A stretch of 63,946 bases of DNA, counting the filler, from Octopus bimaculoides (Eukaryota): NCBI RefSeq assembly GCF_001194135.2. It is 7 parts of 6 records of this genome, joined end to end, with 100 filler letters (N's around TTAATTAATTAA, not from the genome) between each part and the next. Parts side by side here need not be neighbours in the genome. Positions count along the whole stretch, not along the records: positions 44,444 to 54,026 come from NC_068994.1; positions 54,127 to 62,787 come from NC_069002.1; positions 62,888 to 63,946 come from NC_069000.1; 4 more parts are not named here. One strand, 5' to 3'. Under the pieces are notes generated by a model, which had not been told where the DNA came from, made no database searches, and saw only the letters and a program-made list of their open reading frames with translations. Shown here piece by piece: positions 51,966 to 63,946 of the stretch. The position numbers were made by a program, and so were the translations under genes. The first letter of the stretch is position 1. Each line of letters starts with the position of its first letter.

Positions 51966-52378
51966 CTTTTACAGTTAGAGAGCTACTTATCAAGCCATCT
52001 TATTTGAGTGAGGACAAGTTGGAGATCCTTGTTAAACTGAGGCGATCAGAAAACTCTGATGAAAACTCGATGGCACGAATACGTTTGGTGAATGGGCGAT
52101 GGTTTTTGTCATTGATTTCCTTAAGGTTTACCAATTGTGGGTGAAATCTTACCAGCTTTTGCTGTTGGTGGTGGGCAATTTACACAGGGCGTTCAAATGA
52201 GTCTTATACATTTACCCCCGCATGGACAATAATCCCCCAAGGATGATGGTTTAAAACTTCTTAATATATTGGAGATGGGGTAATTAACCAAGAGGAGTGG
52301 TAATTGTCCTAGTGGGTAGTTGTCGGGAGGAATTGTCCTCTGGAGGGTAATTGTCGTGAAACGCGTTCAGATATACAT

Positions 52379-52456
<78 letters not shown>

Positions 52457-52535
52457 CTCACACACGCATACACACACGCGCCCGCACACGCGCGTGCAAA
52501 CACATACACACACACTTTCATATGTACACATTCTT

Positions 52536-52569
<34 letters not shown>

Positions 52570-53617
52570 TCATACACACACAAATAAACAAACACTCACA
52601 CACACATACACACACACACACATACGCTCACTCACGCGCGCACGCGCACACACACAATTAAGGTGTCACACCTGTGTGAATTGCAATTAAATGGAGACAA
52701 GTTCACAATGCTGTTGTGATGAGTTGAATGGCATTGTTCATTCAGAGCCGAAGCTGCGCGAGTCGTTGTTCGGGGATTCTAGTTTGCCGCCGGAAGGCGA
52801 CTGGATGTTCATACTGAAATGTTTTATATACTTATAAAATCAGGTGGCTTTTTTCTGGATCAGGTGGGCAGCATCTCTTGGTTACCAGTGGGCGAGTTGC
52901 TAAGAGAGGAGGCGAGACGGGAAAAAAAGAGAAAGAGAGGGAGGGAGAGAGAGGAAGAGGGAGAGAGAGAGAGAAGGAGAGAGAGNNNNNNNNNNNNNNN
53001 NNNNNNNNNNNNNNNNNNNNNNNNNNNNNNNNNNNNNNNNNNNNNNNNNNNNNNNNNNNNNNNNNNNNNNNNNNNNNNNNNNNNNNNNNNNNNNNNNNNN
53101 NNNNNNNNNNNNNNNNNNNNNNNNNNNNNNNNNNNNNNNNNNNNNNNNNNNNNNNNNNNNNNNNNNNNNNNNNNNNNNNNNNNNNNNNNNNNNNNNNNNN
53201 NNNNNNNNNNNNNNNNNNNNNNNNNNNNNNNNNNNNNNNNNNNNNNNNNNNNNNNNNNNNNNNNNNNNNNNNNNNNNNNNNNNNNNNNNNNNNNNNNNNN
53301 NNNNNNNNNNNNNNNNNNNNNNNNNNNNNNNNNNNNNNNNNNNNNNNNNNNNNNNNNNNNNNNNNNNNNNNNNNNNNNNNNNNNNNNNNNNNNNNNNNNN
53401 NNNNNNNNNNNNNNNNNNNNNNNNNNNNNNNNNNNNNNNNNNNNNNNNNNNNNNNNNNNNNNNNNNNNNNNNNNNNNNNNNNNNNNNNNNNNNNNNNNNN
53501 NNNNNNNNNNNNNNNNNNNNNNNNNNNNNNNNNNNNNNNNNNNNNNNNNNNNNNNNNNNNNNNNNNNNNNNNNNNNNNNNNNNNNNNNNNNNNNNNNNNN
53601 NNNNNNNNNNNNNNNNN

Positions 53618-53677
<60 letters not shown>

Positions 53678-53959
53678 ATATGACAGCGAGAGAAAGAAAA
53701 CAAGGGAAGAAAGAAGAAGAAAAGGTCGAAGAAAGGAAAAGAAGATGAAGATAAGGAAAGAAGAATGAGATGCTGAAGATTCTGGCTTAACAAGGAACCT
53801 GACAAAGACGAAGGTCTGTAAGAGAATGTGAATTGTGTCCGGTGAGGTATGAAGAATTTCGATTAGAAATAAAATAGCATTAGTCTTCCAACCAATATGT
53901 CTCTTGTTTATTTGGCTTCAAGGATAATATTTCGAGGCATCCCACGCACATACACACTT

Positions 53960-54026
<67 letters not shown>

Positions 54027-54158
54027 NNNNNNNNNNNNNNNNNNNNNNNNNNNNNNNNNNNNNNNNNNNNTTAATTAATTAANNNNNNNNNNNNNNNNNN
54101 NNNNNNNNNNNNNNNNNNNNNNNNNNATATATATATATATATATACACACACATATAC

Positions 54159-54196
<38 letters not shown>

Positions 54197-54920
54197 ACAT
54201 ATATATATGTATGTATATATGTATGCATGTTTGTATATTTATGTTTATATGTATATATATATATATATGTATACACACACATACACACATGCACATATAT
54301 ATATATATATATAAATGCATACATACACATATGTTTGCATATACACATTCATTCATACATAATATGCATTTACACATACACACGCACGCGCGCACACACA
54401 TGTACATACATTCATAAATGATATACATACACACATATACCCACCTCTACACAATAATTATAGCCACACGCCTAAAGCAAATGAATTGTGTACCATTTCC
54501 TCTGATTTCTGTCTCTAAAGACAACACTGTTCTGTAAATTCCAGCTGTTCTTCTCGATTCCATAAGTCTGTTGATGGCAATTGTTTGTCCGAACGACAAT
54601 CAATCGACAAAGATGGAATATTATTAGCCGCAAGTAACGAAATAGATTGAATAGTACGCTTTGAAAAATAATTAGTCTTGCTCAAAAGTAACGTTCAACA
54701 CTGTCATCTGTGATTTATCACTGAAATTTGCCCAGAAGTCTGCAGTTAACCTCTTTCCTATAACCCGTTATTTTATTAACGTTTTCCGGAGTTACATTTC
54801 TTCAATTATCGTGACATTTACGAGTAAAAATTGATAAAGATCATCAGGTCAACGCTTAGAATGAATAGTGAAATCAGTGTTAACTATGTGATGCAACGAA
54901 CTTTAAAAAATGTCAGCCAT

Positions 54921-55086
54921 AGGTGCAGGCGCGGTTGTGTGGTAAAAAAGCTTGCTTCCCAACCACATGGTTCCAGGTTCAGTCCAACTGTGTGAAACCT
55001 TGGGCAAGTGTCCTTCTACTATGGCCTCGGACCGACCAAAGCCTAGTGAATAGATTCGATAGATGGAAACTGAAAGAAGCCCGTCG

Positions 55087-55089
<3 letters not shown>
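54921..55089 (+). mobile_element. SINE family A head half
   Basis: ggtgcaggcgcggttgtgtggtaa...gaagcccgtcgta; CpGs retained. Confidence 0.8.
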
Positions 55090-55127
<38 letters not shown>

Positions 55128-56428
55128 TACATACACACGCTAATACACGACCTATGTTATAATCCCCAATCCTGTTCATACAACGACTGGGGCATAACTA
55201 GTCGGTATACAGCACTTACTCGGTATTACCTGTATCTTTGGGTTTGGTTAAATCCAATACCCTTCTTANNNNNNNNNNNNNNNNNNNNNNNNNNNNNNNN
55301 NNNNNNNNNNNNNNNNNNNNNNNNNNNNNNNNNNNNNNNNNNNNNNNNNNNNNNNNNNNNNNNNNNNNNNNNNNNNNNNNNNNNNNNNNNNNNNNNNNNN
55401 NNNNNNNNNNNNNNNNNNNNNNNNNNNNNNNNNNNNNNNNNNNNNNNNNNNNTTCACTTTTTTAGAAAAAGTTTGTCAAAAGTAAAATGTAAAGCTTTGT
55501 ATAAGCTTTGTTGTGTTAAGTACTGGTTGTCACAAAAGTATTAAAATACATATATACATTCTTTGATAATAATAAGAGAATGTTAAAAGCAGTTTACAAG
55601 AAAGTATTTAAGAAAGTATTCAACAAAAAGTATTAGGAGTTCAATAAAAATCATGTTTGTTTGGTAGTATATATATACACAGAAGGAGATATATTTAAGA
55701 ATTTACAAAAAATTGGAGAGGAACCGACATGTCTTTTTGTGACACTTGCACCAGATGCCAAGAAATGAAATCGAACCTAGAACTTCACGTGAACCATTAA
55801 ATGAAGGTAAGTCCTTCTGACAGGCCTCTACACAGTTTCCGTCTACCCAATTTTACTAATGAGGTTTGGTTCGACCCAAAGCTTACGATTTACAGATGAT
55901 TCCATGCAGTGGAATCGAACCCCGCGTCTCATGATTGCGAACAAACTTCTTAACAGTTCGACACTAATGTATCCTAAAAAGATTAACCGAAGAGGAATTA
56001 GTTGGAAGAGGAAACGAGCGCGTATCGTAGACGCCATCCGCTCAAAGTTTATCCCAATGACAAGCCATCGCTAGAATTTGGTCAGCGAATACTGTTATAA
56101 ACATTTTCTTAGAAAGTTGAACAATAAGTTTGATCAGTGAGAAAAAAAAAAAACAGATTGAAACAAAATTGAAACAAAACGAAACATGGCTGGCTGTTAC
56201 ATTATTTCTTGGACAGGCGATCACTGCCAGCAAAACGTGATCAATTTTGTTATATCATTAAGCATCAATATTTTATTGGTAAAATTCGTACAGACATTTT
56301 CACGGTCGATTGGCATTGCGTTCTCAGCCGTATTGGCTCTACAACGTACTTTCAGGTGAAATTACTTTCAGACACATGAAAATAAATTTCCTGAAGTTCG
56401 ACAGCCACAACAGAAACAACAACAACAA

Positions 56429-56481
<53 letters not shown>

Positions 56482-57261
56482 ATAATCACCCAAACAACGA
56501 AGAATGATGACAAATGTGACCGAATAAACAATGATTAGAGTCCAGAGGTAAGAGACGTGAAAAGAAGTTTGGTAGGAGCAGTTTTTGGAAAGAAATACTT
56601 AAATCTTTGAAGAGAAAGAAGAAGCTCCGTCCACAGACTGATGGAATGGTGAGTGAACTGTGCTCCACAATGGTTACAGGAACATAAAGATGAAGGAGGA
56701 AGATTAGCCAAGGATNNNNNNNNNNNNNNNNNNNNNNNNNNNNNNNNNNNNNNNNNNNNNNNNNNNNNNNNNNNNNNNNNNNNNNNNNNNNNNNNNNNNN
56801 NNNNNNNNNNNNNNNNNNNNNNNNNNNNNNNNNNNNNNNNNNNNNNNNNNNNNNNNNNNNNNNNNNNNNNNNNNNNNNNNNNNNNNNNNNNNNNNNNNNN
56901 NNNNNNNNNNNNNNNNNNNNNNNNNNNNNNNNNNNNNNNNNNNNNNNNNNNNNNNNNNNNNNNNNNNNNNNNNNNNNNNNNNNNNNNNNNNNNNNNNNNN
57001 NNNNNNNNNNNNNNNNNNNNNNNNNNNNNNNNNNNNNNNNNNNNNNNNNNNNNNNNNNNNNNNNNNNNNNNNNNNNNNNNNNNNNNNNNNNNNNNNNNNN
57101 NNNNNNNNNGGTGGTCTGCGCCGGTAAAAAAATTATACAACAGGATTTGTGAGTTGAAATAAGTTCTTTCGTAGGTCACCGGGATAAAGAGGAATTTGAC
57201 GTTTCGAAGTTGTTCTTTCATCTGTAAGAAAGAAGTGTTTCCTCATCTCCCTCTCTGTTTT

Positions 57262-57301
<40 letters not shown>

Positions 57302-59118
57302 TCTCTTCCTCCCTCTCTCTCTGTCGTAGTCGAAGGGGCAATTCCTGAAACGTCAGTCTTCTGTAGTCTCTCCTCTCTATGATATTTAAACATACTCGAA
57401 TGTAGGAACCTGTGATGAAAATATTTCTTCTCCATTAAATAACTAAGCACACCCATCGCCCTAATTATCGCAGCACTTCCCTTCTCCTCTTCTCATCGCT
57501 CCCTCTCTACCCCTCGCTTTCTAAACTGACACCCACCACCCAATTATTGCACCTTTCCTCGTTCTGTCACTGTTACTATACCCCACTTACTTGGAGAAGA
57601 TTCTCTGAGATAAAATATCATAACTAAAACCATTCCATATTTAGGATAAACATCATAAATGCTACACACTCTGCTGTTTCAAGTACTTTTATATCAATTC
57701 AATTCTATCTTAGCTAATCTTCACGCAAATCAGTAAATGTTTTGTTTACCAATTTCTATACCAGATCAAGTATTTTCTGCTTAGCACAGAATGTCTGAGG
57801 CATTCGTCACCGAAACGGATCAATTCAGGTCGAAACGCTGTGTCTGGTGATCCACCGGTATTCTGTGGAAAGGGATGTCACCGGCACTCTGAGCTAGTGT
57901 CACACTACATTTGTATATATACATTCAGTGACGTTCTAAAGCATAGGCTCACTTGGAAGTTGCGCGGGAGCATCACGTGTTTAGGAGTTCAATTCTGATC
58001 TATGTATATTGAGGTTTGCTGTCAATAAGTAAACACTATAAAGCTCAGGGTATTGATTTGCTCCCAGGGACCTATATAGTTGCAAAGAAGGCCCTGTATA
58101 TATTATAAATGTACATATCGGTATTTTAATCTAAGGATGTTTCATGTGCGTATATTAATTTAATTCATGTCCTTCTTATCTTTAAGCAACAGGTAATGTC
58201 ACTCATGATTCGCTGGTGTATTTTCGGACACTGTTTATAAGGGAAATTTCTCTCCTGTGATAATTCCCGCTGCGAAAGTCTTTCCAAATCTGAGTATACA
58301 TAAGCGTGTTAAATTTAACTGTTCACATAATTCATTCAGTGCAGCTTAGTGTGCCGCTAATTAATAAATTTCAGCTTGACAAAGCTTTGCACACACCAGC
58401 AAATTTATTATTTGCTGTCTACATATAATAACGGCAGCTCTTAGTGGATTAAGAACGATGAATTTGGTAGAAAACGAAGAAACTAGTCTCATAATCCAAT
58501 GACGTCACTTGTAGCTCAGCTCGGTGTGTTTTCATGTACATTGTCTAAAAAAGTTTTTCGCCCGAAGCAGTTTCCATAGCAAAGGTCTTTCCACGTTTGA
58601 GTGTACACTGGCGTATTAAATGTAATTTTACACGCCTATATTTTAATCATTATCCATAGTGATTTGATCAAACGCTTTAACCCAGCATCGTAAATTTCTA
58701 AAACTGTTAGAACATTATTTCTCTAAACAATGACAGAGAATGTTAAATAAAAGATAAAAAAGAAATGTAAGCGGCAACGGAACGAAGAGACGGCGCATAG
58801 AGAAGCAGTGAAAATAAACTGAAATTTAGAAATAATTGAACTAACGTACAGCAGCCATGATTCAATGAAGTCATACATATTTGATAGTTTTTGACGAGAG
58901 TCAAACAGATATTGAGGTTATTGATAAAAATATAAGAATTATGTTATCTCTTTATGTAATATCTGTTATCTAAAATTACACACACACACGCGCGGAGGCT
59001 TTTACACGAGGCGACTTAAAATAGAAAACGATATGGGAAATAAGTCATAATAGTTTTATGTATATGGACATAATACATACATACATACGTATATTAATAC
59101 ATACGTACNNNNNNNNNN

Positions 59119-59159
<41 letters not shown>

Positions 59160-59539
59160 AATATAAACTCACTCATGCATACATAAATACATACATACAT
59201 ACATACATACATCCAGCTACTGGAAATAGAAAACGATATTAAAATAAGTTGTTATACATATATATATATGTATATTAATATCTACATACATAGAAACATA
59301 CGCATATATATACTCATACGTACATACGTACATACTTACACACACACACATATACACATATACACACACACATATACACACACACATATACATACACTTG
59401 CACATATAGTTACTAGAAATAGACAATGACATTGAAAATAAAATACATATATATGCATACGCAATACATATATAAATACATATATACAAACATACATACG
59501 TGCATACATACATATAGAGATTTATATACACGCACATAC

Positions 59540-59576
<37 letters not shown>

Positions 59577-59915
59577 TACACATTGATATACATACACACA
59601 CATATACTTATACAAATACATACAAATACACGTGCACATAAAAACACATACGTGCATAGATATATGCATGCACACACACACACGCACACACATATACGTA
59701 TACAAATGCATACAAACTCACCTACACATACATATAAAAAAATAAACACCCATATATGATGTACTTTATAAAAAGACAAAAATATATGTGTAACATACTC
59801 ACACACTCACACATGCGCACATGCACCCGCACATATGTTTTTTATATATATATCTGTCCATCTATATATAGCTGTATATCTATATATATATGTATATGTA
59901 AATATACCGTATATA

Positions 59916-59959
<44 letters not shown>

Positions 59960-60510
59960 TACAGTATGTGATGAATATTATTTGAATACATAAAATATTT
60001 ATGTAACCTACGCACACAGCCACCCCCCAAACACATACCTCCACACACGATCGCCACCCCCCACACACACAGAGTCATATATTTATATAGATGTAAAGAC
60101 TTGAGTTATAGTTCCGTTTTAACGATCATAGTTTCATATTTTTTTTATCAAAGGCCAAACTAACTTTGATTAAAATCATAAGCGTTCAAACGGAAATATA
60201 ATTCTGTAAGACAGTTTTTTAATAACTTATTTAATTCCACTTCCTCATAGACTGGCTACACGATTCGCGAGTGAAAACCTTATTTAGATGAACCAGTACA
60301 CCAAAATACATACATACATACATACATATACGTACGTACATACATATACGTACGTACATACATTCATAAATATATACATACGTGCGCAGGAAGGGTGGTG
60401 CCACCTCTCACCCAAAAGATTTTGCGAATGCATCATAAGCCTTGGCGGGAAAAATACAGTCAGATAATTTTTGAACGCGCCAGGTATATCTATCTATCTA
60501 TGTCTGTCTT

Positions 60511-60586
<76 letters not shown>

Positions 60587-60593
60587 TCTATCA

Positions 60594-60653
<60 letters not shown>

Positions 60654-60654
60654 A

Positions 60655-60697
<43 letters not shown>

Positions 60698-61217
60698 TTG
60701 TTTGTTTGTCTGTGTATTTCTATGTATGTATGTATGTATGTATGTATGCGCGCGTGCGTGTGCGCGCGTGTGTATGTGTGCATTTGTTGCTATATACATG
60801 TATGTGTGCATGTACATACACACGACCGTAACTGAAGAATCTGTTAGCTGCCATGCAATGAGCAATAGTGTTATGTCGACAATGTTTCTGCTTCTGTCGC
60901 CATCACTAGGAAGTGTTAATCAGTCGGAATAATTACAATTTCAAATTTCATAGTATTTATACAGAACAATGAAATGAAATCTATTGGAACACTGGAGCAG
61001 GCTGTATCTCCTGGCATCTGCCAAGTTTGCCCTTGTCCTAAAACGGCACAGCGCTCGGCTATTTGCGCAATACTATTAAACTTTAGAAATGTTAGCTATT
61101 GGCGTTTGAAGCAGCTTTCGTAACGAATATTAATTAGTATATCCAACCTAACTTGGATGTGTTGTGTAGAACGCCTTAGACTGCGGTAAACGTTCCGAGA
61201 AATCATTTCGCTTAAAC

Positions 61218-61460
61218 CAAGTGGTTCTCAACCATTTCTTTTTACCAATGGACCCCTTTACCCGGGTGGAGCCCGAGCCATTTGATGTTTAAGAAAATAC
61301 CTTTATATTATTTAGAATTAAACATTAGAAGTTACATAAAAAAATGTTAAAATATTTGATGTATTAAGAAAATATAAGCAATTTATTGCAGTTAAATTTT
61401 AACCAAAGAAACCTTATATGGACCCTCAAGGATCATACGGACCCCGGTTGAGAACCGTTA
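61218..61460. mobile_element. hAT MITE related to 16969-17544, opposite orientation
   Basis: TIR GTGGTTCTCAACC / GGTTGAGAACC. TSD GCTTAAAC / GCTTAAAT (7 of 8, central TA). Confidence 0.8.
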
Positions 61461-62102
61461 GCTTAAATGACAAATGCTAAATCGCATTGACATTCTATTA
61501 TCGGTTGAGGAAATTTCGTCAGTACACAGGTGGACTGCGCAACAATACCCTGTTATTTCACCGTTTGGCGAATCATCAGTGACAGCTAACCAAGCCGAAT
61601 ACCTGACAGAAAATCCGCCAAACTGATATAGAATAATACTGGTCAAACAGCCAGTGGTGTTGCAGAAAACTGACGGACTGTGTATAAATCAGTTATAAGC
61701 GATAGAAGTAGCTTTTGTAACGACTATCAAATAATGCCTCCAACTTAACGTGGTTATGCTGTGTTACACCTTCGGTATTCTTTAGCATTTCTCATTTACA
61801 CGAAATGATTTTTCGCAACTTTTGCAGCAGTAAATGTACAACGTCCTTGTACATGTAATCGAGATGTGCAACACAGTTTTGTTTTAATGCAGTGTACACA
61901 ATGCTACGGATTTCTTAGGTTCGAATCTCGGCGATCTGGATCCAGCATGCAGAATGGTCATGCTTGGTGGTCATGGTAGAGGCGTCTTTCATTAGAGGTT
62001 TACTCAACTTGGGCTGAACTGGGCAGAAACAATCTGCCTAATTATCTACATACATGGAAGCATCTCTCTCTTTCCCTGTATGTGTGTCTATATATATATG
62101 TG

Positions 62103-62133
<31 letters not shown>

Positions 62134-62259
62134 GTACATATATNNNNNNNNNNNNNNNNNNNNNNNNNNNNNNNNNNNNNNNNNNNNNNNNNNNNNNNNN
62201 NNNNNNNNNNNNNNNNNNNNNNNATATATATATATATATATAATATAATATAATATAAA

Positions 62260-62627
62260 ATTAAAATTAATTAAAGGACATACTAAGTATGTCTACCTAC
62301 TTGAAATAACAGTCAAAACTTGTTATTAAATCGCCAAAAATACACTGGTGATAACTACAGAAACCAAACGAAGGCAAATTTGGTTAAGAAAATCAACTTA
62401 CATACTTTAAGTATTTGGATCCACGTGAAACTAGTCCACGTGAATCCAAATATTAGTCCACGTGAATCCAAATACTTAAATGTATGTAAGTAGATTGTCT
62501 TAATCAAATTTGCTTTCGTTTGATTTCTGTACTTATCACCAGTGTATTTTGGGCGATTTAATAACGAGTTTTGACTGTTATTTCAAGCAGGTAGACATAC
62601 ATAGTATGTCCTTTGATTAATTTTAAT
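62260..62627. repeat. 368-bp near-perfect palindrome (fold-back element)
   Basis: Arms of about 160 bp (attaaaattaat(t/c)aaaggacatact... and its reverse complement). The centre has three CCACGTG copies and GAAACTAGTC. Confidence 0.9.
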
Positions 62628-62749
62628 CCCTCGGCTTTTTAAATGCTATTTTTGGGCCTGCTGTCGCTTGTATAATTTATTCCGTTATTATCATTCTTAA
62701 ACTAGTGACATTGGATAATAATAGAATAGATGATACCTTCGTAAATTAA

Positions 62750-62787
<38 letters not shown>

Positions 62788-62887
62788 NNNNNNNNNNNNN
62801 NNNNNNNNNNNNNNNNNNNNNNNNNNNNNNNTTAATTAATTAANNNNNNNNNNNNNNNNNNNNNNNNNNNNNNNNNNNNNNNNNNNN

Positions 62888-62937
<50 letters not shown>

Positions 62938-63109
62938 CATGTACATCTAAAACTGCTGTACTTGAGTCATCTTGTGAAACACTCAGGTATGTTAAATGAA
63001 AGCACCAAAATTGGTTCGACTCAAATGATCCAAACATCTCTCCTCTTCTGGTCAACATGCATAAGTGCCACTGTGAATGGATGTTAATTAAAAAATAATG
63101 CCACAAAGT

Positions 63110-63897
63110 GCTACGAGTTTTAAAACGTCAGAAGTACATTCTAATCTCAACTGAGGCAAATGAAACAGAAATGGTGGCGAAAGAGGGCACAAGAGCTTTG
63201 GGATGCTGCGGATAGATGTGACTTCAAATCATTCTATCAGAATTTCAAGGGTGTTTTTGGACCTGTTTCTGGCGACTCAGTTTCCATACTTTCAACTGAG
63301 GGTAATCTTTTTACAGACAAAAAAAGCAGAGATCACGAAGCGATAGGCAGAACATTTTTCAAGTGTTTTGAATATGGACTCAGTTGTTGATGAAGAACTG
63401 ATCAACAACCTATCAGAGGACTGTCCTTGGAGAACTGTCAGTTGCTCCATCAAACGCTGAGATCAGAAAAGATGTCATAAAACAGCTCACAAATGGAAAG
63501 TTGTCTGGGAGTTATGGCATACCAGCCGAAATGTATAAATATGGCGGCAATTTCCTGTTGAACAAATTACATGAACTCTTCTCGTTAATCTGGGGAACAG
63601 GATCAGTCCCACAGGAGTTTAAAGATGCTTCAATTGGCCGTCTTTATAAGCACAAACGCAACAAATGGGAATGTGACAACCATAGAGGAATCTCTCTTTT
63701 GTGTGTTGCTGGGAAGATCCTTGGAAGGGTTATTTTAAACAGACTAAATGATGCCCTCGCCAGCTTAGTGTTGCCTGAATCTCAGTGTGGCTTCCCGACT
63801 GATAGAGGCACAGTGGATATGATTTTCAGCCTGAGGCAACTGCAGGAAGAGGCCCATGAGCACAACCGAGACCTTTTTGCCACTTTTGCAGATCTAA
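63110..63897 (+). mobile_element. RTE/BovB-like LINE reverse-transcriptase fragment
   Basis: WWRKRAQEL..GIPAEMYKYGG..NHRGISLLCVAGKILGRVILNRL..LPESQCGF..RGTVDMIFSLRQLQE..FADL, with frameshifts. Confidence 0.9.
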
Positions 63898-63946
63898 TTG
63901 GAAATGTATATATTATATACATATATACATGCATATGTTTATATAT

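Noticed and set aside
51966-52144. 119-aa ORF 51785-52144 as an intact gene
   Set aside because: Only the first roughly 50 residues are mariner HTH; the rest is read-through into unrelated sequence.
57196-57360. Two GAAACGTC motifs in opposite orientation
   Set aside because: Upstream cores are corrupted (CAGATGA; ctgtcgtagtcga) and stem I does not pair.

Overview
AT-rich, microsatellite-dense, gap-riddled animal genomic DNA. The SINE families and the N44-TTAATTAATTAA-N44 spacers suggest an octopus draft assembly; the species is my inference, not database-checked. Genuine protein-coding content is small. The last four coding exons of an ABCB1/P-glycoprotein-type ABC transporter lie on the minus strand (42713-42516, 39461-39255, 31136-30990, 28489-28295; all NBD motifs intact, canonical GT-AG sites). 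A plus-strand exon encodes a six-cysteine chitin-binding (peritrophin-A/ChtBD2) domain (26752-27064). The rest is mostly mobile DNA: three tRNA-derived SINE families, mariner/Tc1 elements and MITEs, a piggyBac remnant and piggyBac-type MITEs, hAT MITEs with 8-bp TSDs, and RTE-type LINE fragments. The most striking unannotated signal is a set of minimal type-I hammerhead ribozyme motifs with palindromic stem III, the form known from Penelope-like retroelements. They occur in several unrelated repeat families, several sit in the spacer of fold-back elements, and one family has a variant core (CAUGANGA) with different but still paired helices in its two copies. No Penelope RT or GIY-YIG ORF was found in the window. 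Almost all other ORFs in the supplied track are microsatellite or N-gap artefacts.
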